From Bacillota bacterium (GTDB lineage Bacteria > Bacillota > Clostridia > Christensenellales > UMGS416), in assembly GCA_023398815.1 (NCBI GenBank), contig JAEWRW010000010.1, positions 2,316-66,315 of the forward strand: a stretch of DNA of 64,000 nt, written 5' to 3'. Of the stretch, positions 28,559 through 37,519 are shown in pieces. The notes beneath the pieces are model-generated. The model saw nothing but the letters and a program-made list of their open reading frames with translations. It did no database searches and was not told the origin of the DNA. Each line of letters begins with the position of its first letter. The stretch's first letter is position 1. Both the position numbers and the translations under genes were made by a program.

Positions 28559-28780
28559 ATGCCTTTGTTGGATTATCGCTGCAACACTTGCGGCCACAAG
28601 TTTGACGAATTGGTCTACTCCCACAACCAGGACAAGGTGCGCTGCCCCCAGTGCGGCGGGAAGGAACTCGCCCGCGTTTACGAGGGGAAGTGTCTGTTTG
28701 GTTCGCTGGGCGGCGGGGGGCGGTCCGCTGGCGGGTGCAACGGCAAAAGCTGTGCCGGTTGCGCGGGCTGCGGGCATTAA
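28559..28780 (+). CDS. FmdB-family zinc-ribbon protein
   Basis: 73 aa. MPLLDYRCNTCGHKFDELV..VRCPQCGG is the CxxC..CxxC zinc ribbon typical of FmdB putative regulators. Gly/Cys-rich tail. Confidence 0.8.
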   Translation: MPLLDYRCNTCGHKFDELVYSHNQDKVRCPQCGGKELARVYEGKCLFGSLGGGGRSAGGCNGKSCAGCAGCGH

Positions 28781-28949
28781 AGGCGACCAGGGTGCCGGGC
28801 GGTAATCGCCGCCGGCTCGTGGAGCAAAACGTTTGGCAGAACCATTGATTTGCCCGGGTGGGGCGCACGGCCAACAGGCGGGTGCGGCATCCGGCCATTC
28901 TAATTGTCCCCGGTGCGTGCGCCATCGCCGCCCGGGTCGGAGGGATCTC

Positions 28950-30206
28950 TTGGAAGAAAAATTGGTCATCCACGGCGGGAAGCGCCTGGTGGGCGAAGTC
29001 ACGGTCAGCGGCGGGAAGAACCCGGCGGTAGCGGTGCTTCCGGCGACGCTCCTATCGAGCGGCGTCTGCACCATCGATAACCTGCCCATGATTGAGGACG
29101 TTCTCGTCCTCAAAAAGATGCTGGAAGCCCTGGGGGCTGTGGTGGAGTTTCGCGACGGCTCCATGCGGGTGGACGCCCGCCCCGTCAACAACTTCCGCGC
29201 GCCAGCGGAGCTGGTGCGCCGCATGCGGGCCAGTTCCTACCTCATGGGCACGCTGCTCGGCCGTTTTGGCCGGGCGGAGGTTGGCTTCCCCGGCGGTTGT
29301 GACATTGGCCAGCGACCCATGGATCAGCACATCAAGGGGTTCCGTGCGCTGGGCGCGTCGGTCAACCTCATGCGCGGCGTCTATGAGTGCACGGCGGAGA
29401 AGCTCGTCGGGGCGGAGATTTACCTCGACATCGTCTCGGTGGGCGCGACGATCAACATCATGCTGGCGGCGGTGAAGGCCCAGGGCACCACGACCATTGT
29501 CAACGCCGCCAAGGAGCCCCACGTCGTCGATCTTGCCAGCTTTTTGAATGCAATGGGCGCGCGTATCAAGGGCGCGGGCACCGATACCATCCGCATCCAG
29601 GGGGTCAAGGAACTCCACGGGGCCAACTATTCCATCCTGCCCGATCAGATTGAGACCGGCACGTGGATGGCCATTGCGGCGGCCACTGGGGGGGACATCA
29701 CCATTCGCGGTTGTGTGCCCTACCACATGGAGAGCGTCTCGGCGAAGCTCGTTGAGATGGGCATGGAGGTCATTGAGGGCGAGGATTATCTTCGGGTCAT
29801 CGGCCATGGCCGGCCCCGCCCCGCCAACATCAAGACCCTGCCGTACCCCGGCTTCCCCACTGATTTGCAGCAGATTTTCTCGGTGCTGTTGAGCGTCGGC
29901 TCCGGCACGGCGATGATTACCGAAAGCATTTACGAATCCCGCTTCCGCTATGTGGATGAGGTGCGCCGCATGGGCGCGCAGATCCGCCTGGAGGATCGCA
30001 TCGCCGTGATTGAGGGCGTGGACGGGCTGTGGGGCGCACCGGTAACGGCCACCGACCTGCGGGCCGGTGCGGCGCTCATCGTGGCCGGCCTCATGGCAGA
30101 CGGCACGACGACCATCTCCAACGTCAAGTACATCGACCGTGGCTACGAGCGAATTGACCGGAAGCTGAAGGCGCTGGGCGCCGACATCGAGCGCGTCACC
30201 GAATGA
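28950..30206 (+). CDS. murA: UDP-N-acetylglucosamine 1-carboxyvinyltransferase
   Basis: TTG start 28950 after GGAGGG gives LEEKLVIHGGKRLVGEVTVSGGKNPAVAVLPATLL. The sequence is MurA-like along its full length, with GCDIGQRPMDQH containing the catalytic Cys loop. Confidence 0.9.
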   Translation: MEEKLVIHGGKRLVGEVTVSGGKNPAVAVLPATLLSSGVCTIDNLPMIEDVLVLKKMLEALGAVVEFRDGSMRVDARPVNNFRAPAELVRRMRASSYLMGTLLGRFGRAEVGFPGGCDIGQRPMDQHIKGFRALGASVNLMRGVYECTAEKLVGAEIYLDIVSVGATINIMLAAVKAQGTTTIVNAAKEPHVVDLASFLNAMGARIKGAGTDTIRIQGVKELHGANYSILPDQIETGTWMAIAAATGGDITIRGCVPYHMESVSAKLVEMGMEVIEGEDYLRVIGHGRPRPANIKTLPYPGFPTDLQQIFSVLLSVGSGTAMITESIYESRFRYVDEVRRMGAQIRLEDRIAVIEGVDGLWGAPVTATDLRAGAALIVAGLMADGTTTISNVKYIDRGYERIDRKLKALGADIERVTE

Positions 30207-30232
30207 CGGCAAGCGAAGGAGGTTCCCGCGCC

Positions 30233-31183
30233 ATGGAGCAGAAGACGGACGGTTTTCTCCTGTCAGTCGTGGTGCCGATGTACTTCGAGCAGGACGTGGC
30301 GAGGGAGTGTTACCGCCGCCTTTCCACGGCCCTGGCCGCCTACCGGTTTGAGCTGCTGTTCGTCAACGATGGCTCCACCGATGAGACGCTCCCCATCCTC
30401 AATGAGCTGGCCGCGGCGGACCCACGGGTCAAGATCATCGATTTCTCCCGCAACTTCGGTCACCAGGTGGCTGTGACCGCCGGGGTGGACAACGCCCGGG
30501 GCGACGCGGTCGTCATCATCGACGCCGACCTGCAGGACCCGCCCGAGCTCATCCCCAAAATGATCGAGCTGTGGCAGCAGGGGTGGGAGGTCGTCTACGC
30601 CAAGCGCGTCAAGCGCAAGGGCGAAACCGCTTTCAAAAAGTTCACCGCCAGCACCTATTACCGCACGCTTCGTGCCCTCACCGATATTGATATCCCCGCC
30701 GACACCGGCGATTTCCGCCTGATCGACCGCAAGGTGGCCGACGCCTTCCGCCGCATGCCCGAGCGCAGCCGCTTCATCCGCGGCATGGTCGCCTGGCTGG
30801 GGTTCCGCCAATACCCGCTGGAGTATGAGCGCGACGAGCGCTTTGCTGGGGAAACCAAGTATCCTCTCAAGAAGATGATCAAACTGGCCGCCAACGGCAT
30901 CCTGTCCTTCTCCACCCAGCCGCTGCGGCTGGTGCTGCAGGTGGGGTTCCTGGCCATCGTCGTGTCCTTTGTACTGCTGGTGTATGCCATCGTCAGCAAG
31001 GCCCTGGGCCATGCCAACGGGGGCTGGGCCTCCCTCATGGTCACCACCACATTCCTGGGCGGCGTGCAGCTGCTCTCCGTCGGTGTGTTGGGCCAGTATC
31101 TGGCCCGCATGTTTGAGGAAAGCAAGAACCGGCCACTCTATGTCATACGAGACACCGTAAACTTTGACCGGGACCCGGAATAA
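30233..31183 (+). CDS. GT2 polyprenyl-phosphate glycosyltransferase (GtrB/ArnC-like) with two C-terminal TM helices
   Basis: LLSVVVPMYFEQDV..LLFVNDGSTDET..VVIIDADLQDPPELIPKM is the classic GtrB-type pattern. Confidence 0.85.
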   Translation: MEQKTDGFLLSVVVPMYFEQDVARECYRRLSTALAAYRFELLFVNDGSTDETLPILNELAAADPRVKIIDFSRNFGHQVAVTAGVDNARGDAVVIIDADLQDPPELIPKMIELWQQGWEVVYAKRVKRKGETAFKKFTASTYYRTLRALTDIDIPADTGDFRLIDRKVADAFRRMPERSRFIRGMVAWLGFRQYPLEYERDERFAGETKYPLKKMIKLAANGILSFSTQPLRLVLQVGFLAIVVSFVLLVYAIVSKALGHANGGWASLMVTTTFLGGVQLLSVGVLGQYLARMFEESKNRPLYVIRDTVNFDRDPE

Positions 31184-31363
31184 ACTCCGGTTGACCGCAC
31201 GTCTTTTGTTAGGACCGCGCCCCTCGCGATAGGCCCTCTGGTGGATGTTCCCCGCCATACCCCGCTTGTACCATCGTTCCCCATTGCACACCAAAGCCCG
31301 CGCCCCCCGTGGCCGGAGCCTGTTGATTCTAGTTGGCTGCCCACGGGCAGAAGGAAGGCAAGC

Positions 31364-33409
31364 ATGAACGAAGCCGAATTGTTGGAGAAAAATATCAAAG
31401 AGCTGCAGCAGATGGCCCGGGAGCGGGGCATTGCCTCGGTGAGCGGAATGCGCAAGCAGGCGCTGGTGGATGCGCTGCTGGTGGCCGAGCCCGCCGCCCG
31501 GCCCGAGCCCCCACGCCGGGGTCGCCCGCCGCGGCAGGCAGCGCCCGTCCAGGCGGTGGCTGACGAGCCCCGGCCCTCGCAGGCGGATGCCGCCCCGGTT
31601 GAGGCACCCGCCCCGCAGGCGGCCGCGTCTGCCCAGGATGGTGAGCCGGCCCCGCGCCCCGCGCGGGAGAGCCGACCGCCGCGCCAGCAGGGCGATGGCC
31701 AGGGTGAGCCCGTTGCCGCCGCAGAGCCCGCGTCCCGCCCCCAGCCCGCACCGGTGGAGCCCACGGCTGCCGCGCCGGTGGCCCAGCCCACGCAGGCCGC
31801 CCCGCCCGCGCCCATTGCTCCCCGCGCTGACCGCCCCGGCTATGTCGCCCGTCGGCGGGAGAACCCCCGCGATGGCGCGGCCCCGGCGGACAACCGCCCT
31901 CAGCAGCAGCAACCCCGCCAGGGCTATGCCTTCAAGCCCCGGGAGAACCGCAACCAGCCCTTTGCCCCATCCGGCAACGGCCAGCAGGCCCCCGGCCGCC
32001 CCAACAACCGCAATGGCTATGGCCCGACCAACGGCCAGCAAGGCTCCAACCGTGGCGTGGCACCGGCCAATGGCAATGGCTTCCAGCCCCAGGCCAATGG
32101 CGGCGGGTTCCCCAATGGCAACGGTGCCCAGGGCGGCAACGGCTTCCAGCCCGAGGACGCCAACCGCAACCGCCGCCCCAACCGGGAGAATCGGCCCGAG
32201 GGCTATTACAACAATGAGCTGGGCACGGCCAATCCTGCCGTCCCCGACCTGCTGAACAGTGCCGACTGCGGCGAGGCCGAGGGCATTCTGGACTTGCAGC
32301 CCGACGGCTACGGCTTCCTGCGCGCCATGAGCGTGGAGCAGAAGGACGTGTATGTCTCCATCGCGCAGATTCGCCGCTTCAGCCTGCGCCAGGGCGACCA
32401 TGTGCGCGGCAAGACCCGCCCCGAGCGGGAGAACGAGCGCTATCTCGCCATGCTCTACATCACCTCCATCAACGGCGAAGCGCCCGAGGCCGCCGGCCAG
32501 CGCAAGCACTTCGATTCGCTCACGCCCATCTTCCCCGATGAGCGCCTGACGCTGGAGCGCAAGGACGCGCCGGAAGATTTCGCCATCCGCTTGATTGACC
32601 TGGTGTCGCCCATCGGCAAGGGGCAGCGCGGCCTCATCGTGTCGCCGCCCAAGGCCGGCAAGACGACGCTCTTAAAAAAGATTGCCAACTCCATCACCGC
32701 CAACAGCCCCGACGTCAAGCTCTTCATCCTTTTGATTGACGAGCGGCCCGAGGAAGTCACCGACATCCAGCGCTCCACGGCGGCGGAGGTCATCTACTCC
32801 ACCTTTGACGAGCGGCCCGAGAACCACTGCCGCGTGGCCGAGTCGCTCATCGAGCGGGCCAAGCGCCTGGTGGAGCTGGGGCAGGACGTCGTCATCCTGC
32901 TCGATTCCATCACCCGCCTCTCCCGCGCCTACAACATCACGGTGCCGCCTTCGGGGCGGTCGCTGTCGGGCGGCTTGGACCCGGGCGCGCTCTACAAGCC
33001 CAAGCGGTTTTTCGGCGCGGCCCGCAACATTGAGGAGCAGGGCTCACTCACCATCATCGCCACGGCGCTCGTCGATACCGGCAGCCGTATGGACGACATG
33101 ATCTACGAGGAGTTCAAGGGCACCGGCAACATGGAGATTCACCTCGACCGCAGCCTGCAGGAGCGCCGCGTCTTCCCGGCTCTCGATCTCTATCGCTCTG
33201 GCACCCGGCGGGAGGAAAAGCTCTTGAGCCCCAAGGAGATGGAGGGCATCTGGGCGGTGCGCAAGCTCCTCTCCGGCAAGCAGGACAACGCCACCGAGCT
33301 CCTCATCGACATGATGGCCCGCACCCAGAATAACGTGGAGTTCCTCACCCGCGTCAGCGAGTGGCTCAAGCTCATGGAGAAGCAGGGGTATCAGATGGTC
33401 AACAAGTGA
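31364..33409 (+). CDS. rho: Transcription termination factor Rho with a roughly 280-aa low-complexity N-terminal insertion
   Basis: The Rho N-terminal helix bundle is MNEAELLEKNIKELQQMARERGI. The RNA-binding and ATPase core has GLIVSPPKAGKTTLL and VVILLDSITRLSRAYN. RBS GAAGGAAGG. Confidence 0.95.
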   Translation: MNEAELLEKNIKELQQMARERGIASVSGMRKQALVDALLVAEPAARPEPPRRGRPPRQAAPVQAVADEPRPSQADAAPVEAPAPQAAASAQDGEPAPRPARESRPPRQQGDGQGEPVAAAEPASRPQPAPVEPTAAAPVAQPTQAAPPAPIAPRADRPGYVARRRENPRDGAAPADNRPQQQQPRQGYAFKPRENRNQPFAPSGNGQQAPGRPNNRNGYGPTNGQQGSNRGVAPANGNGFQPQANGGGFPNGNGAQGGNGFQPEDANRNRRPNRENRPEGYYNNELGTANPAVPDLLNSADCGEAEGILDLQPDGYGFLRAMSVEQKDVYVSIAQIRRFSLRQGDHVRGKTRPERENERYLAMLYITSINGEAPEAAGQRKHFDSLTPIFPDERLTLERKDAPEDFAIRLIDLVSPIGKGQRGLIVSPPKAGKTTLLKKIANSITANSPDVKLFILLIDERPEEVTDIQRSTAAEVIYSTFDERPENHCRVAESLIERAKRLVELGQDVVILLDSITRLSRAYNITVPPSGRSLSGGLDPGALYKPKRFFGAARNIEEQGSLTIIATALVDTGSRMDDMIYEEFKGTGNMEIHLDRSLQERRVFPALDLYRSGTRREEKLLSPKEMEGIWAVRKLLSGKQDNATELLIDMMARTQNNVEFLTRVSEWLKLMEKQGYQMVNK

Positions 33410-34010
33410 CGCTTCGCTTGCGCTTCGCTTTCGCGGCGACCGCTTCGCGATCGCCGCGAGTTAGGTGAGCTCGTTCATAGGTTTAGGTGCCCCTTGACGC
33501 GCATGTCGTCAAGGGGCTGCTATTTGTGTTGGTCGTGCGGGGTTTCTACGAGGGAGACGCCGCCTGCGGCGAGGGGTATGCGCCACGAGAGGACCGCTTC
33601 GTGCTGCTGCCGGATAAACCGGCGACGCGGCTGCGGGACTGTGCTTGCTGAAACAGGGGGCCAAAGAGGTGCCAGACTGTTTGGGTTTCCGTCGTTCTTC
33701 CTTCGTTCTCTCCGGGGCGCGTTGCAAACTTCCTAGGTTGCATAGGCGAGCAGCAACCTGTAGGGTTGCGGCCAGCCCCCTGGCGACCGGCGGCAGGAAG
33801 CTAGTGACAACGGGCGGGATGTTTGAGCCTTTCCGCTGCGGAGCAGAAGGAAAGGCGAGTTACCGCCGTTGCCTCTCAAGCCTCGCGCCGGCCGTCAGGT
33901 CTTTGGAAGTTTGCCCGCGCCCTAGGCGTTTTTGGGCACTTTTGGCGCCATCCAAAAGTGCCGCCTACGGGCCTTATGCCGCATCATGCGACTGGTTCGA
34001 CGCCAGCGTC
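33410..34010 (+). repeat. Mosaic repeat copy D (H1, H2 33489-33517, M3, R3 core 33714-33985)
   Basis: Starts at the first base after the rho stop codon with CGCTTCGCTTGCGCTTCGCTTTCGCGGCGACCGCTTCGCGATCGCCGCGAG. Confidence 0.9.
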
Positions 34011-34288
34011 GCACTCACGGCCCTCTGCCTTGTGCCTCCCGGACGCTTGGGCCAGCGCAGCTCGTTTCCCTCGTGACAGTCATCAGATGCAGAAACACCC
34101 CCCGCCCGCACGATGCGGGCGAGATGCCGGAAAGGCGCGAAGCAATGCGATGGGGCAGCGCGGCAACTGGAAATCGGTACGGCGGTCTCAAATTTAGGAC
34201 TAAGAGCCCGCTTGCTTCTCGCAACCGGCGTATGGTTCCTCCTTGCTTGCCCCAAAAAATGTCCTTGACGCAAACCGCTTTGGCGAAT

Positions 34289-34600
34289 TTTTCCACACTT
34301 ACGGTTAGGTGGTCTAGACCACACAAATCGGCGCAATTCCGTAGGGGGAGGCAACGTGAACAGCGGTATGGCGGAGCACGGTTGAGTGTGGTTATCGACA
34401 GGGCACCTGTGAAGAACAAAGATGTTTTTTTCCACAGTCTGTGGACAATGCTGTGGGAATCAAAGCTTTTTCGCAGAAAATTGCACACAATCCACGGCAA
34501 TGTCTTGGAGAAGAGCCGAATGGCTGTCCCTCTGTGCACAGGGGAAGGCAGGCGAACGGGCATTTGCTTTGTTCACAGAGCTGTGGACAGCTGTGGATAA
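34289..34600. promoter_or_regulatory. DnaA-box cluster (oriC-like or DnaA-titration region)
   Basis: Perfect box TGTGGATAA at 34592-34600. One-mismatch boxes at 34289-34297 and 34428-34436 (TTTTCCACA), 34392-34400 (TTATCGACA) and 34440-34448 (TGTGGACAA). Two-mismatch boxes at 34569-34577 and 34582-34590. Confidence 0.6.
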
Positions 34601-34724
34601 CCTTGCCGACAATGCCGCAGTCATCGCCATGCGCCTCGCTGGAGGGGGTTCGCATAAGTGGTGGAACACGAAGGTAAGCCGATCGGCCCCGCTAGGGATT
34701 GGAAGCCCCTGGGGGGACACCCTC

Positions 34725-34767
34725 TTGACAAGAGCCCAGGGGTGTTATAAAGTTAGCGCATGCTAAC
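34725..34767 (+). promoter_or_regulatory. Promoter (TTGACA, extended -10 TGTTATAAA) with adjacent inverted repeat GTTAGC-N4-GCTAAC
   Basis: TTGACA at 34725-34730, TATAAA at 34746-34751 preceded by TGT, and the palindrome at 34752-34767. This lies upstream of the DUF3793 remnant and flavodoxin. Confidence 0.45.
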
Positions 34768-34825
34768 AATTGTCACGTACAAGAGTAAGAAATATCTAAC
34801 AGGATAGAGCAATGAACGACAACCT

Positions 34826-35096
34826 GTGCTCGACCGCCTGCAAACCCGCTGCCAAGGTGACTTCCCCCACGAAATCGACGTCTTCCTGGGTTACCCCTGT
34901 GAGGACGTGCGCGGCTTCATCCGCCACGGCGGGCAGGGGTACAAGCTCTGCGGCTACTGGAAGGTTTACGGCGACCCCCGAGAGGGCACGGGAAATCTTT
35001 GGCCGCATGGATGCGGTGCGACGCCGGGCGGTCCAACTGTTGTCAAGTTCTCTGCCGCTGTCAACGGCGGTGGAGCTCATAGAAAGGGGTGCGTAA
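34826..35096 (+). pseudogene. DUF3793-like gene remnant (N-terminally truncated and frameshifted)
   Basis: FPHEIDVFLGYPCEDVRGFIRHGGQGYKLCGYWKVYGDP is in one frame and continues as ERAREIFGRMDAVRRRAVQLL in another. The shift is at the C5 run near 34972-34976. The N-terminal roughly 100 aa expected for the family are absent. Confidence 0.5.
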
Positions 35097-35097
35097 C

Positions 35098-35514
35098 ATG
35101 ACACTTACGATTGTATACTGGAGCGGAACCGGCAACACCGAAGCAATGGCCAACCTCGTTGCTGAGGGTGCCCAGGACGCCGGGTTGGCTGTGAACACCA
35201 AGTCCGTCGACCGGGCCACGGCTGACGACCTCACCGCTGATGTGCTGGCGCTGGGCTGCCCGGCCATGGGCGACGAGGTGCTGGAGGAAGGCGAGTTTGA
35301 GCCCTGGCTCGATACGGTGCTGCCCCAGCTTGCCGGGCGCAAGGTTGCGCTCTTCGGCTCCTACGACTGGGGCGACGGCCAGTGGATGCGCGACTGGACA
35401 AAGCGCATGACCGACGCCGGCGTGGTGCTGGCAGCGGAGAGCCTCATCGTGCACAACACCCCCGACGGCGACGATGCCGAGCGCTGCCGCGCCTTCGGGC
35501 GCTCGCTGGCCTGA
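35098..35514 (+). CDS. Short-chain flavodoxin
   Basis: MTLTIVYWSGTGNTEAMANLVAEGA is the FMN phosphate-binding loop. 138 aa. RBS GAAAGGGG. Confidence 0.9.
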   Translation: MTLTIVYWSGTGNTEAMANLVAEGAQDAGLAVNTKSVDRATADDLTADVLALGCPAMGDEVLEEGEFEPWLDTVLPQLAGRKVALFGSYDWGDGQWMRDWTKRMTDAGVVLAAESLIVHNTPDGDDAERCRAFGRSLA

Positions 35515-35689
35515 CACAACGACACCTGGACTCCTGTTTCACTACCCCTCCCCCTTACAGCAAGCGGGCCCGAACCAACGTTCCGGCCCGCTTGCCCATT
35601 CGCGGCAGGAGGGTGCGCAGACGGGAAGGCGTTTGAGCAAGGGCTTTCAACTCTTTGGAACCTGTTCCAGCCCGCATAGGTTGTGGCCA

Positions 35690-36016
35690 GCCCCTTGCAG
35701 CCGTAGTGGCAGAAACCAGCCTGTCCGTACCACTCCTTCCCCCGCGTCAGCGCGTCTCCCCCGCGCCACCCAAGACTCCGCACACCCCACGAATACAGCA
35801 ACGGCGTGGCGGTTCATCCGCCCGCGGCAGCACTCGCCGGGTTAGAGGCACGATCCTCCTTTCCGCGTGAGCGGTGTCTCCCTCATAAACCCGGCCACGA
35901 GCTAAGTAAAATGAAGGCCCGCCAGCGACATGCGCGGTGGCGGGCCTTGGTATCATTTTGACGAGTGATCCAACTCGCGGCTGTCGCGTCAGCGGCAGGC
36001 GCGAACGTGCGTAGCG
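35690..36016 (-). repeat. Mosaic repeat, short copy abutting the uraA stop codon (H1, H2 35916-35946, M3)
   Basis: The minus strand reads CGCTACGCACGTTCGCGCC.. directly after the TAG stop. The H2 loop is CCGCGCATGTCGC. Confidence 0.8.
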
Positions 36017-37345
36017 CTATTTTTCTTCCGCCGCGTCCACGGCAGCGACGGCCTCTTCGGTGGCGTCGTCGCGGTCGTTGGTCAGCTTTAAGAGGTCGAA
36101 CACATAGAACAGCAGGCTCAGCAGGATGGCCACGATGGCGGCCAGCACCATGCCCTTGAGGGACACCGAGCCCAGCGTGATCGTCACGCCCGAGAGACCG
36201 GTGATGAACACGATGGCGGTCAGCACCAGGTTGCGGCTCTTGGAGTAGTCAATCTGGCTTTCCACCATCAGGCGGATACCGGAGGCGGCGATCATGCCAT
36301 AGAGCAGGAAGGACACGCCGCCGATGACCGGGCCGGGGATGAGCTGGATGAGGGTGGACACCTTGCCGCAGAAGGCGATGAGGGCGGAGATGACCGCCGC
36401 GCCGCCGATGACGCGCACGCTGTACACGCGGGTGATGGCCATGACGCCGATGTTCTCGCCATAGGTCGTGGTCGGCACCGAGCCCACCAGGCCCGAGAGC
36501 GAGGTGGAGAAGAAGTCAGCGAACAGCGAGCGGTGCAGGCCGGGGTCCTTCAGCAGGTCGCGGCCTACGATCTTGGAGGTGACGAGCTGGTGGCCGATGT
36601 GCTCGGTGATGACCACGAGCACCGCCGGCAGGATCGTCAGGATGGCGCCGGCCTCAAACCGCGGGAACTGGAAATTGGGCAGCTGGAACCACGCGGCCTC
36701 GGCCACCTTGCTGAAATCCACAAGCCCGTAAAAGAGGGACACCACATAACCCGTAACGATGGCGATGAGGATCGGGATGACCGAGAAGAACTTGCGGAAG
36801 CAGACCGAGCCCACGACCGCAACGCCCAGCGTCACCAGGAAGACGACCAGGTTGGCCGGCAGGATGGCGGGGTTGTTGGCCGTGATGAGCAGGTTGGCGT
36901 TGCCGTCGCCCACGGCGACACTGGCGAGCTCCAGGCCGATGAGCGCGACCACCGGGCCCATGGCTGCCGGGGGCAGCACCACATCGATCCACCGGATGCC
37001 TACAAACTTGATGAGCAGGGCAAAGAGCATGCCCACGATGCCCACTACCACAAACGCGCCCAGCGCCAGCGGGTAGTTGCCGGAGAAGTTATCGCCCAGC
37101 ACCACAAACACCGGGGACAGGAAAGCGAAGCTGGAACCGAGGTAAGCCGGGGCCTTGCCCTTGGTAATGAGGATGAACAGCAGCGTGGCGATGCCGTTCA
37201 TCAGCAGTATAACTGCGGGGTCGGCGTGGAACAGGATCGGCACCAGGACGGACGCGCCAAACATGGCAAACATGTGCTGCAGGCTCAGCGGCGCCCAGAG
37301 GGACAGGGGTACCTTGTCTTCGACCTGAATGATCTTGCGCGGCAA
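36017..37345 (-). CDS. uraA: Uracil permease (NCS2 family)
   Basis: LSLQHMFAMFGASVLVPILF and ITKGKAPAYLGSSFAFLSP match the UraA/PyrP pattern. About 12 TM segments. Start taken as TTG 37345, 8 nt after GGAGG; an alternative ATG is at 37360. Confidence 0.8.
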   Translation of the reverse strand: MPRKIIQVEDKVPLSLWAPLSLQHMFAMFGASVLVPILFHADPAVILLMNGIATLLFILITKGKAPAYLGSSFAFLSPVFVVLGDNFSGNYPLALGAFVVVGIVGMLFALLIKFVGIRWIDVVLPPAAMGPVVALIGLELASVAVGDGNANLLITANNPAILPANLVVFLVTLGVAVVGSVCFRKFFSVIPILIAIVTGYVVSLFYGLVDFSKVAEAAWFQLPNFQFPRFEAGAILTILPAVLVVITEHIGHQLVTSKIVGRDLLKDPGLHRSLFADFFSTSLSGLVGSVPTTTYGENIGVMAITRVYSVRVIGGAAVISALIAFCGKVSTLIQLIPGPVIGGVSFLLYGMIAASGIRLMVESQIDYSKSRNLVLTAIVFITGLSGVTITLGSVSLKGMVLAAIVAILLSLLFYVFDLLKLTNDRDDATEEAVAAVDAAEEK

Positions 37346-37519
37346 AATTCCCACCTCCATCGATTTATGCACACACACGTTGTGCGCATACACATTGTTG
37401 GAAAGTATAGCACAGTGGGATCATTCCGTCACTAACGAAATTTTATTTTTGGCTCTGATTTTGAGGGATTTGACGGCGTTTTAGGGAATCGGCGAGAAAG
37501 AGCAACACGAACGTTCGCA

